From a virus: a stretch of 64,000 nucleotides of DNA. Where the stretch lies: IMG/VR virus record IMGVR_UViG_3300019757_000164, positions 60,855 to 124,854 of that record; one strand, written 5' to 3'. Below, in pieces: positions 20,701-30,150 of the stretch (position 1 is its first letter; the number at the start of each line of letters is the position of its first letter). Both the position numbers and the translations under genes were made by a program. The notes below the pieces were generated by a model that made no database searches, was not told the DNA's origin, and worked only from the letters and a program-made list of their open reading frames with translations.

Positions 20701-22158
20701 TTGATGGGCAAAAGTAATATAAATATAAAATATAAATGCTTGGGAGCCGGTTCTGGTAATGTAACTGGATCGGCTCACTTGTTAGAAATAAAAGTAAACA
20801 ATAAATTGACTAGTATATTGTTAGATATGGGAGCAATTCAAGACGGCAAATTTTCAACAAAGCAATTGTTCGATATGAATAGGTGCGATTCAGATATGTC
20901 TGAAATTGATCATATTATTGCTTCACATGGGCACCTTGACCATATAATGAACTTGTGTCAAGTACAAAGATTGGATTTTGATGGAAATATTTATATGACA
21001 GATATGACATTGAAGTTGTGTGAGCATATAACAGAAGATGGAATTAAGATACATGATAAAACTGTCGAGTATTTGAGTAAATCTGTTAAAAAAGGAAATA
21101 TAACTCCGTATATGAATATGAGAAGTAGAGATTATTTCTTATCAAGAGTTAGAGCTTACGGCTATGAAAAATGGATAGTTATAAATGACAATATAAAATT
21201 TAAATTTATGGCATCTGGTCATATTAGTGGGAGTTCTATGATTTATTTAGAAGTACAAGATGGATATGAAAAGCAGACAATATTATATACTGGTGACACA
21301 TCATGCAATAGAGAAATTCCATTTACAATGAAGCCATCAATCAAAGGTATGAAAATTAATCATTTAATAACTGAATCAACCTACTCTCATGTACATATAG
21401 AACAAAGAACAGAAGATGTAATTGTAGAAGATTTGCATAGACTAATAAAATCTACTTGTATAGAGAAGAAAGGCGATTTACTAATTCCTTCTTTTGCAAT
21501 GGCGAGAAGCACGAATCTGGCTTACTACTTAAAGAAAACCTATGAGAAATATCCAGAGCTAAATCCTATTCAGATTTATATGGCTAGTCCGCTAATGAAT
21601 AAGTGTCACAACACACTCGGTTCAGACAGTGATTTCTATGACGAAAAGTGGAAAGATGAAATGGATTTATTTGAGTGGGGTAAGATATCACAATTATCCG
21701 AATTTAAAGATGTTATGGCAGTATCTAGAAGAAGTGAACCTAAAGTATGGATTTCCAGTTCGGGAATGGCTGATAAAGGCATCAATTCTTACTTAGTTTC
21801 TGAGATAGTCAAGTCTAGAAAGAATACTATTGTATTTGTTGGATATTGTGCAGAAGGAACTACAGGTAGGAAGTTAATTGAAGGCAAACAGAAAACGATT
21901 ACTTCTAATATAGATGGTGAAAAGAAAACTGTAGCCATTAGAGCGAGAGTTGAAAATCTAACTGGTATGTCAAGTCATGCAAGTGGTAAAGAAATCGTTG
22001 AAACACTAGAGACCGCTGAAAAGAAAAAGTTAAAAACAGTAATAGCTGTACACGGTGATAAAGATAGAACAGAATCAATGTGTGAGCTATTTCAAAATAA
22101 ATACAAGCAAAATTTAAATACATATGCTCCAAGGATTGGACAGAGTATAAAATTATAG
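20701..22158 (+). CDS. metallo-beta-lactamase beta-CASP family nuclease
   Basis: SHGHLDH, GHISGS, YTGD, ESTY, SSHA, VHG motifs. Confidence 0.9.
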   Translation: MMGKSNINIKYKCLGAGSGNVTGSAHLLEIKVNNKLTSILLDMGAIQDGKFSTKQLFDMNRCDSDMSEIDHIIASHGHLDHIMNLCQVQRLDFDGNIYMTDMTLKLCEHITEDGIKIHDKTVEYLSKSVKKGNITPYMNMRSRDYFLSRVRAYGYEKWIVINDNIKFKFMASGHISGSSMIYLEVQDGYEKQTILYTGDTSCNREIPFTMKPSIKGMKINHLITESTYSHVHIEQRTEDVIVEDLHRLIKSTCIEKKGDLLIPSFAMARSTNLAYYLKKTYEKYPELNPIQIYMASPLMNKCHNTLGSDSDFYDEKWKDEMDLFEWGKISQLSEFKDVMAVSRRSEPKVWISSSGMADKGINSYLVSEIVKSRKNTIVFVGYCAEGTTGRKLIEGKQKTITSNIDGEKKTVAIRARVENLTGMSSHASGKEIVETLETAEKKKLKTVIAVHGDKDRTESMCELFQNKYKQNLNTYAPRIGQSIKL

Positions 22159-22189
22159 GATGTAACATAATATTGAAGGGAGAGCAATA

Positions 22190-23485
22190 TTGAGTAATTT
22201 GGATACAAAGAAAAAGCCTAATGAGTCCTACGAGGATTACTGTGATAGAATGTATAGGATGCAAGGAGCACTTGGTCATACAAATGATGTAATGGGCTAT
22301 ATAATCAATCAGAACGTTGATGAAAAAGAAGTTAAAGACGAATCTGCTCACAGAAAATCAGCAAGGATAAGGATTAAAGCATTTGACAGAGGATATGAAG
22401 AAGGTTTAAAATGTGTTAGAGATGATTATAGTGTAAGAGGACTAGATTCTCTTATTCCAAAAACTCATCTTGAAAAAATGCAAGAAATGGTTGGAGAATA
22501 TGGGATCAAGAAAAGAGATATGCAACTAGAAAGATTGGAATTGGCTAGGCTTTATAGGGAAGTTACTCCGGTTTTATTATTTGCAGAACAATACTCTTTA
22601 GTTATAAAAGAGAACCTTGAATTTGTCATACCAGAAGAATTATTCGACATTCCTTACGAAGAAATTGTAGGAGAATCTGTTATTAAAGGTTGTCCAGCGG
22701 ACTGGCATACTGGTGTATTAATTGATGAAGAATATAATTACCATAATCATAAGAAAGCTGAAGAGAAAATAGATTATTATGCGGATAAATTGATGGAATA
22801 TGCTAAAATGTTTAACGCTAAGATGATTGATATTACACACCTTGGTGATATCATAGAACATTTCGACATGAGAAATCAACAAAAGTGGAATTGTGAGTTT
22901 GCTACAGACAAGCAATTGGTTGAAGGTGAAAACCTTACGTGGAGACTTGTAATCAGACTTATGAAAAACGGATTTAAAGTTAGACTAGGTGGAATATATG
23001 GAAACCATGATCGGATCACTGGATCTAAACATGATGCGGTAGAAAACAACACTGCAATGTATGTTATTATTCAAAATATGAAGAATAGTGTAACTAGAGG
23101 AATAGAGCTATACGGAAAAGAACTTCATTTATTAGAATTTGCTGACCAACCGGAAGATTACGAGCATCAAGTTGATGAAATCTATGGAAATAGAATCAGA
23201 TATCAACATGGTCACAACGATGCTAAGAATGATGAGAGAAAAATTGAGAAGTACAACGGAGTCGATGATGACTCTTATGATATTTTAGTATTTGGTCACT
23301 TACATCACGGTAGAGTAATTCATAAGAATAGAAATGAAATGGAAATCTATGGAGGAACGCTCCAAGGCTCAAATTCATATGGTAAAAATAAGGTTAAATC
23401 AACAGCAGATGCATCTCAGTTAATAATTGTATTTAGAGATAACGGTGATGTATTGCCATTTGAAGTAAATCTACAACATATTTAG
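22190..23485 (+). CDS. calcineurin-like metallophosphoesterase
   Basis: DWH, GDIIE, GNHDR, HGH, GHLHH. Confidence 0.88.
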   Translation: MSNLDTKKKPNESYEDYCDRMYRMQGALGHTNDVMGYIINQNVDEKEVKDESAHRKSARIRIKAFDRGYEEGLKCVRDDYSVRGLDSLIPKTHLEKMQEMVGEYGIKKRDMQLERLELARLYREVTPVLLFAEQYSLVIKENLEFVIPEELFDIPYEEIVGESVIKGCPADWHTGVLIDEEYNYHNHKKAEEKIDYYADKLMEYAKMFNAKMIDITHLGDIIEHFDMRNQQKWNCEFATDKQLVEGENLTWRLVIRLMKNGFKVRLGGIYGNHDRITGSKHDAVENNTAMYVIIQNMKNSVTRGIELYGKELHLLEFADQPEDYEHQVDEIYGNRIRYQHGHNDAKNDERKIEKYNGVDDDSYDILVFGHLHHGRVIHKNRNEMEIYGGTLQGSNSYGKNKVKSTADASQLIIVFRDNGDVLPFEVNLQHI

Positions 23486-23506
23486 ACACAAGAAGGGAGA
23501 GACACT

Positions 23507-24118
23507 ATGAATAATTTTACTAGAAATACTGGGACATTGGATATCAATGAGCTTGTGTCACAATTGAAAGAATCGGCTAATCCGGTTATGTATCAATACT
23601 TTAAAAATTTAGATGAGGGAAATCTGTTAATTAGTGGTGAAATTGATGATTTAACTATTGAATACTTCATTATGCCATTAATGCAATTGGATGCTGATCC
23701 TAATGTAGAAGAAATTACTATCTACTTGAATTCACCGGGCGGTTCTATCTTTACGGGAATGACCCTATGTGAGGCTATTGAGAGATTAAAAACTCCTACA
23801 AAGGTAGTATTACTCTCATATGCTTATTCAATGGGAGGATATATCTTAATGTCTGGATTCAGTAATCCTAATGTTAAGAGGGTGTGTTATCCATTTAGTA
23901 CAGGCTTAATTCATCAAGGTAGTACTAGATTAGGTGGAAATAGTAATGACGTAGAAGATACATATGAGTTTTATAAGAAATACAATGAGAAAATGAATCA
24001 ATATATTTTAGACCATAGCAATATTCCAAGCGATGTATTGGATAAGCACAAAAGATTCGAGTGGTATTTAACTGCTGATGAAATGCTTGAGTATGGTTTA
24101 GTAGATGAGATTATTTAA
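23507..24118 (+). CDS. clpP: ClpP-family protease subunit
   Basis: LNSPGGS, AYSMG (catalytic Ser), IHQ (His), WYLTADE..EYGLVDEI. Confidence 0.9.
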   Translation: MNNFTRNTGTLDINELVSQLKESANPVMYQYFKNLDEGNLLISGEIDDLTIEYFIMPLMQLDADPNVEEITIYLNSPGGSIFTGMTLCEAIERLKTPTKVVLLSYAYSMGGYILMSGFSNPNVKRVCYPFSTGLIHQGSTRLGGNSNDVEDTYEFYKKYNEKMNQYILDHSNIPSDVLDKHKRFEWYLTADEMLEYGLVDEII

Positions 24119-24148
24119 ACGGGTAGGGATTAATTTCCCTACTTTATT

Positions 24149-24249
24149 TATATTTTAGAACAAGTCTATCACGGACAATATGGAGAGCTTAATATCGACC
24201 TCTCCCTCGATTTAGCTTTCTTAGTGTGATAGGCTTATTTTAGGATATA
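24149..24249 (+). ncRNA. candidate structured small RNA (24-bp stem, 53-nt structured loop)
   Basis: 24149-24172 pairs with 24226-24249 at 23/24 positions including several G-U pairs. Confidence 0.5.
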
Positions 24250-24253
24250 AATT

Positions 24254-24326
24254 AATGTGGGATAGGGAGTGCAACCTGATAAAGTTAGACCATCCATCTA
24301 ACTTTCCCACATTTTATACAATGGAT
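24254..24326 (+). promoter_or_regulatory. three-way-junction/pseudoknot leader of HNH gene
   Basis: AATGTGGGA/TCCCACATT closing stem, two inner hairpins, loop ATCCA complementary to TGGAT downstream. Confidence 0.55.
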
Positions 24327-24346
24327 ATAATATCGGGAGGTATTTA

Positions 24347-25240
24347 ATGTTAGTTAGTAAAACAGTAGAAACAAAGTGGAATAGCAGAAATAAGAAAAAA
24401 TTTGTTGAACTTGGATATGAATATACCAAGATGGGAGATATCTTTTATACATCAATCGAAGATACATCAAAAACAAATAAAAATTACATAAAATATAAAT
24501 GTGATTTTTGCGGAGAAATAAACAGTAAAATGTTCGGAGAATATCTACAGCAAAGGAAGATAACTCCTATGGATTGTTGTAATGATATTGACTGCAAAAA
24601 TAAAAAACTTGAAATGTCAGTGTTAAAAAAATATGGAGAAACTAACATAAGTAAGACTGATTATTTTAAAGAAGCATATAAAGCCAAGATGAATCAAAAT
24701 TATGGAGTGGATAACTATTTTGAGTTGCTAGACCATACAGGATCTAATAATCACGAATGGAAAGATACCAATTACACCTGCACAAATTGTGGAAAAGTGG
24801 AGCACAGAAAAGAGAGTCATATAAATAAGAATGGGAATAATTTTTGTTCTATGGAGTGTAAGGCTGAATTCTATACAGGAGAAAAAGTCGAGGATTATAA
24901 ATATCCACGAAGCACGAAACTATACAGGGAGTGGAAGGATTCTGTACACAAAAAATACCATAATAAATGTTTCATCTGTGGTTCACAAATAGATATCAGG
25001 GCACATCATTTAGAAGGGATGTCTATAAATTCTAGTCTGGCATTTTCTGTGAATAACGGAATTACGCTATGTGACAATCACCATAATCCATCAGAAAAGG
25101 GGTCTTTTCATAATTTATATGGAACATACAAAAATACAAAAGAACAATTTATAGAATATTGCGGAAAATACCATAGTATAAACTACGAAGAAAAGATTAA
25201 GAAGTTAAAACTAGAAGGGAGAGAATATGGCAACAGCTAA
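24347..25240 (+). CDS. free-standing HNH endonuclease with Zn fingers
   Basis: CFICG...RAHH...NGITLC..HH...FH..YG; paralogous to 39449..40654. Confidence 0.85.
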   Translation: MLVSKTVETKWNSRNKKKFVELGYEYTKMGDIFYTSIEDTSKTNKNYIKYKCDFCGEINSKMFGEYLQQRKITPMDCCNDIDCKNKKLEMSVLKKYGETNISKTDYFKEAYKAKMNQNYGVDNYFELLDHTGSNNHEWKDTNYTCTNCGKVEHRKESHINKNGNNFCSMECKAEFYTGEKVEDYKYPRSTKLYREWKDSVHKKYHNKCFICGSQIDIRAHHLEGMSINSSLAFSVNNGITLCDNHHNPSEKGSFHNLYGTYKNTKEQFIEYCGKYHSINYEEKIKKLKLEGREYGNS

Positions 25241-26462
25241 AGAAAAACAAGCAGACAAACAAATAGCAGAAGCTTTAGATTTTCTTTCTGAGCAAGGCTA
25301 TAATATACCAAAACGAGGTAGAAAAACTGCCACAGATATTAAAAGAGAAATAAAAGCATCAAAAGCTACACTCGAAAAATATAATTACAAAGTACAAGGT
25401 GAGAATGAATACACTTGTACAGACTGTGGTAAATCGCTTAGTATTAAAGAAAACAATTTTTATATGTCACAATCAAGAATGTATAGTGGAGTGGGTCTAA
25501 TCTCAGTATGTAAGAAGTGTCTAGAGAGATATTTTAATGACTATATGATAGTTAACAATGGAGACGTAAAGTTATCATTCTATATGTTGTGCAGAGAGGT
25601 TAATGCCGTATTTGCACTATCTGCTGTAGACATGGCTATTAGTAGTAAAAACTCTACATTCAAAACATACTTTCAAAAGATAAATAGCTTGAAGCAATAC
25701 CAAGGCATGAGTTTTAAAGATAGCGATCCATTTGACTCAACCACTGCTGAAGTAAAAGAACAGAGAGAGGTTGAATCTGGAAAGCTAAAATTAAGCAAAG
25801 AAGAGAGACAGGCTAAAAAAGAGGTAGTTGAAGCAATAGGAAGAGATCCTTTTGTTGATTTGCCAGTTTCTGATCAAAAACTATTGTATCCAGAACTTCT
25901 AGAGCATATAGATGAGGATGTTCAAGAGAATCCATTTTTGGTTAGCCAGATAGTACAAGTTGTTTTAAATAACAATACTATATCCAAGCTAAATCAAATG
26001 TTGTCAAGGTTAGCAACAGATGTAACAGAGGCACATAAAAATGACGATAAAATTAGAAATTTGATAAACAACATAAAGAATTTATCAAGCGCTACAACTT
26101 CAATAGCAAAAGAAAATGGAATCGCAAAAAAGGGTGGAGAAGGAAAGAAGCGGTCTACTTTGACGGGTATGATGTTATACTACAGAGACTTAGATTTAGA
26201 CGAGATAGAAGTAGATTATTATGATCAAGTTGGCTCAATCGGCATGGAAAGAGTGCAAAAGATGTCGATGAAAGCTATATTTGACCAAGGGTTATTTAAT
26301 GATAATGATTTGCAAGAAATGTTAAGTCATAGTAGAAAGTTAGTTGAATCACTTGAAAAAGAAAAAAATAAATTAGAAGAAGAAAACAGGAAACTAAAAG
26401 TTATCCTAACAAATAATAAGATAGACTATAAGGTTGGTGATGTTGATGCATCCACAAGCTAA
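25227..26462 (+). CDS. putative terminase small subunit / Zn-finger protein
   Basis: CTDC...CKKC; immediately upstream of and overlapping terL. Confidence 0.6.
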   Translation: MATAKEKQADKQIAEALDFLSEQGYNIPKRGRKTATDIKREIKASKATLEKYNYKVQGENEYTCTDCGKSLSIKENNFYMSQSRMYSGVGLISVCKKCLERYFNDYMIVNNGDVKLSFYMLCREVNAVFALSAVDMAISSKNSTFKTYFQKINSLKQYQGMSFKDSDPFDSTTAEVKEQREVESGKLKLSKEERQAKKEVVEAIGRDPFVDLPVSDQKLLYPELLEHIDEDVQENPFLVSQIVQVVLNNNTISKLNQMLSRLATDVTEAHKNDDKIRNLINNIKNLSSATTSIAKENGIAKKGGEGKKRSTLTGMMLYYRDLDLDEIEVDYYDQVGSIGMERVQKMSMKAIFDQGLFNDNDLQEMLSHSRKLVESLEKEKNKLEEENRKLKVILTNNKIDYKVGDVDASTS

Positions 26463-28290
26463 TAAATTTGTAAACCAATCATCAAAAAAGAAAGTTTTTC
26501 TAACAGAAAGAAAAAGAATAGTATACAAAGGCAATGCAAAGTTCATAAAGTTTCTCAGAAGAAATCCTGTAATAGCGTGTGAGTTGTTGCTAGGTATTAG
26601 ATTAATGGATTCACAGAAATTAATTTTGCAAAAAACTTGGAACACGAAATACAATGTATGGGCGTGTACTCGTAACTTTGGGAAAAGTTTCCTATTGGAT
26701 GTTATAGCAATGCTCAAAATGTTGTTGTATCCAAACCTTTCTATATACTTGGTTTCAAGTAAAGGTAATCAGGCAATTGAGAGCTTCCTCAAGTTGGAAG
26801 ATATTGCCAAACAAAGAATAGAATCAATACCTTCTTTGAAGGATATTTTTATGACAGAGGTTGTATCGTCATCGAATTCTGATGGATTTGTACATGATAA
26901 GGGATCACATAAGGTAGGTCTTATTAACAATTCAACTATTTATACATTAAACTCAGTTCCAGATAACGTCAGGGGTAAAAGAAGCCAACTTGTCCTCATT
27001 GATGAGGCGGGGTTTACGGACGAAGAACTGATAAACGTTGTAATTCCATTTATATCACAAAAGACTGACTTCAAATTATCAACAGAAGAAAGCTTTGACC
27101 AAGAGTTACTCAGAAAACAAGTTCCATCTCAAATAATATTTTCTTCATCAGCATCGGAAGTTGATCATAAGTTTGCAAGAACCTACAAGGAGTATGCAAT
27201 AAAGATGATAGCAGGAGATAGCAATTATGCTGTATTTGATATACCATGTGATGTACCATTAGCGCCTATGGTTGATAGCAAGCCAGCACCGCCACTACTT
27301 GAACAAGGTGAAATAGACGATATGCTTAAAATGAACTATGATAAAGCCATGCGCGAGTACTTCAATAAATTTCAAAAATCAGGCGGAATAGAACAAATGA
27401 TAAAACTTAGTCAAGTAAGAAAGGCTGAGAAGTTTGTTAGACCAATGTTATTCTCAAACTCAAAAGGGGAACGGTTCATAATTGCAATGGATTCTGCACT
27501 ACAAAGTGATAATTCAATCATAATGGTTATGCAAATTCTTTATGATGAAATGAGAGGGTATTACGGAAGAATAGTTAACTGTATCAATTTGAATGACACG
27601 GAGAAAAAAGGTAATATACAATTAAACTCAGAAGTACAGATGAAGAGACTAAAACAAACGATACTAGATTATAATATAGATGAAAAAGACTATGAAAAAA
27701 TTGATCGTCTAATGGTTGATATTGGTCACGCTGGTATGCAGGTTTTCTTAGACTTGATGCTTGCTGACTGGTATGATGATGATGGAATAAAACATAAGGG
27801 ATTTATTGACTCCACTCATCCAAGATGGGAAACTGAGAAAAGAAATCATCCTAATGCGTGGGATAACGTCGATGCAGTTAGTCCATCTAAATATAAAAGG
27901 AGTATGTGTGAAGACTTATTTGAGCTAATGAGAATGAATTTGATTGAGTTTCCTCAAGAATATGATCACAAAGGTCATATATTTGATGAGATAGATGGCG
28001 AAGTTAAAAGAATAGAGCTAACACAAGAAGAAGAACTTGCTTTGGCGAATATAGATATACTAAAAACAGAAATGACATCAATTCATAAACTAGGAACTAG
28101 AGATAACCCTAAATATGAATTGCCGAAAAATAAAGTTAGACGTATACACGATGATAGATTCTACTGTCTCATAATGTTGGCTAAGAGATTGGCTGAAATA
28201 AGAAGAAAAGATGAATTATCAAAATCAAGATCAAAGAAAAAATTCAACATAAACAACGCACAATCATGTGTTACATCGATATCACTCTAA
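26446..28290 (+). CDS. terL: terminase large subunit
   Basis: Walker A TRNFGKS, RGKR, Walker B VLIDEAG, nuclease IAMD and HDDRFY; start chosen from GGTGA SD spacing. Confidence 0.92.
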   Translation: MHPQANKFVNQSSKKKVFLTERKRIVYKGNAKFIKFLRRNPVIACELLLGIRLMDSQKLILQKTWNTKYNVWACTRNFGKSFLLDVIAMLKMLLYPNLSIYLVSSKGNQAIESFLKLEDIAKQRIESIPSLKDIFMTEVVSSSNSDGFVHDKGSHKVGLINNSTIYTLNSVPDNVRGKRSQLVLIDEAGFTDEELINVVIPFISQKTDFKLSTEESFDQELLRKQVPSQIIFSSSASEVDHKFARTYKEYAIKMIAGDSNYAVFDIPCDVPLAPMVDSKPAPPLLEQGEIDDMLKMNYDKAMREYFNKFQKSGGIEQMIKLSQVRKAEKFVRPMLFSNSKGERFIIAMDSALQSDNSIIMVMQILYDEMRGYYGRIVNCINLNDTEKKGNIQLNSEVQMKRLKQTILDYNIDEKDYEKIDRLMVDIGHAGMQVFLDLMLADWYDDDGIKHKGFIDSTHPRWETEKRNHPNAWDNVDAVSPSKYKRSMCEDLFELMRMNLIEFPQEYDHKGHIFDEIDGEVKRIELTQEEELALANIDILKTEMTSIHKLGTRDNPKYELPKNKVRRIHDDRFYCLIMLAKRLAEIRRKDELSKSRSKKKFNINNAQSCVTSISL

Positions 28291-28305
28291 AGAAAGGAGG
28301 TAGAA

Positions 28306-29982
28306 ATGACAAAGAAGACTACGGTAAATGAGAATGAAGAATTCATTGTTGAAGTTGTTGATGAAGGAGAATCTGATGAAGCTTTAGTTGTAACAAGTAC
28401 GAAAGACTTTACACAAGATCTGCTAAAGAAAGCAATGTCATCTTATGCTGGAAGCGAGAAAACATATTCTCAACAAGTAGATGAACGAGCTTTTATGAAG
28501 ACATCTTTAACTGAAGCCAAGATAGAAGAACTCGCGTTTTTACCACAGGACAATATCGAAAAAGTCCAGCAAATTAATAGTTATATTGACCTTTATCTAA
28601 ACAAAGATGATATCATAGGTAGGGTATATGAAATCATAGAAGCAAATACAAATGCAGATTTCCAGCTATCCTATCCAAAAGTAGAAGGTAGAAATAAAGA
28701 AATAAAACTAAAGAAAGTAAAAGATATAATAGATGAATTCAACAAGCAAATTGAGTTGGAAGAATTAATCATAGAGACTATACCATATGCATATGCAAAC
28801 GGAAATAGAATGTTATATCTAAGAAAAACAAAATACGGTACATATCAAGTAGATAGATATCCACTAGGAATGGTTCAGTATTCATCTTATAAGGTAAATA
28901 ATGAACCAGTTGTAGTATTTAGTTTGCCAGATTTGCTAGGTAGGATGACCGGACAAACATTAATTAGTCCATTTTCAACGAATTCACTAACGACTTTCGA
29001 TCTTAGAATGTTTCCTGATATGGAAGATGAAATAAGAGAAAATTTTTCAACTGAAATTTATAGAGCTTATCTGGAAAGAAAGCCAACAGTTACATTAAAC
29101 ACTGACTTAACCGCTGTAATAAGAACAAACAATCGCGGAAAAAGATATGGAGTGTCTCCAATTTTCAAAGCATTAAATCCAGCACTTAAACTAGAAGTAC
29201 AAGAGAAAAGTGATACAATGGACTCAAAAGCTAGAGGAAAGAAGATTATATTCCAGAGAATATCAGATAAATTATTAGGAGAAAATGGTGAAGATATAGA
29301 TTTATCTCCATCTATATATTCTCACAATGAATTTGTTAAAGCTTGGAAGGGTGAGATTGTAGTTTACACAGGAGCACCTTGGGTTGAAGATGTAAAATAT
29401 GTTGAGCCAAAACAATCGTCAGAGCATTCAAATGCACTTAATTATTATAGAAGTAAAGTTCTGTCTGCATTAGGAATAACTTTCTTAAATGGAGATTCAA
29501 AAACTGGTACAGCTACAGCTCAAATGTCACTTAATGAACTAATGAAAGAAATTGATAAGATAGCAAAACAATTATCAAACAATATAAATAAGTGGTATAA
29601 ATATATTCTGAATGAAGCTGGGTTGCCAATTGAATATGCGCCTACAATCGAGGTTCTCGACTCTGAAATCATGAACTTGAGTATTAGGATGCAACTTGCA
29701 GATAGTTTATTTAATAAATACGGTGCATCATATAGATCTACGTATGAATTAATGGGCATGGATTATGAATCAGAGAAAGAAAAAAGAGAATCTGAGAACG
29801 AAGAAAACTTAGATAAGGAAGTATTCTACGCTAGACAAACAGCATTTACTTTCTCTGCAAAAGGCGAGGAAGATTATGTGTATGAAGGTAATGATGGTAC
29901 GGATAATAAAGATAAACAGTCGAAAACCCCTCAGCAACAAACAAATGATGAAATTAGAAAAGAAGGTGAGACAGATGTTTAA
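28306..29982 (+). CDS. portal protein
   Basis: 558 aa directly after terL; YGVSPIFKAL portal-like motif. Confidence 0.8.
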   Translation: MTKKTTVNENEEFIVEVVDEGESDEALVVTSTKDFTQDLLKKAMSSYAGSEKTYSQQVDERAFMKTSLTEAKIEELAFLPQDNIEKVQQINSYIDLYLNKDDIIGRVYEIIEANTNADFQLSYPKVEGRNKEIKLKKVKDIIDEFNKQIELEELIIETIPYAYANGNRMLYLRKTKYGTYQVDRYPLGMVQYSSYKVNNEPVVVFSLPDLLGRMTGQTLISPFSTNSLTTFDLRMFPDMEDEIRENFSTEIYRAYLERKPTVTLNTDLTAVIRTNNRGKRYGVSPIFKALNPALKLEVQEKSDTMDSKARGKKIIFQRISDKLLGENGEDIDLSPSIYSHNEFVKAWKGEIVVYTGAPWVEDVKYVEPKQSSEHSNALNYYRSKVLSALGITFLNGDSKTGTATAQMSLNELMKEIDKIAKQLSNNINKWYKYILNEAGLPIEYAPTIEVLDSEIMNLSIRMQLADSLFNKYGASYRSTYELMGMDYESEKEKRESENEENLDKEVFYARQTAFTFSAKGEEDYVYEGNDGTDNKDKQSKTPQQQTNDEIRKEGETDV

Positions 29983-30142
29983 ATTATTAGCAGAAAATAA
30001 AAACTCATATTCTTACTTGGTAGTAATAGAAGGAGTTAAATACACTATAGAAGTTTCAAATAATGGTAAACTTTTAGATATATCGCCATATGTTATAAAA
30101 ATGGAAGTATCTAGCAACAACAGAAGAATGGAATTTGGATAG
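29975..30142 (+). CDS. small hypothetical protein
   Basis: GAAGGTGA SD before ATG 29975. Confidence 0.55.
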   Translation: MFKLLAENKNSYSYLVVIEGVKYTIEVSNNGKLLDISPYVIKMEVSSNNRRMEFG

Positions 30143-30150
30143 GAGGCAAT

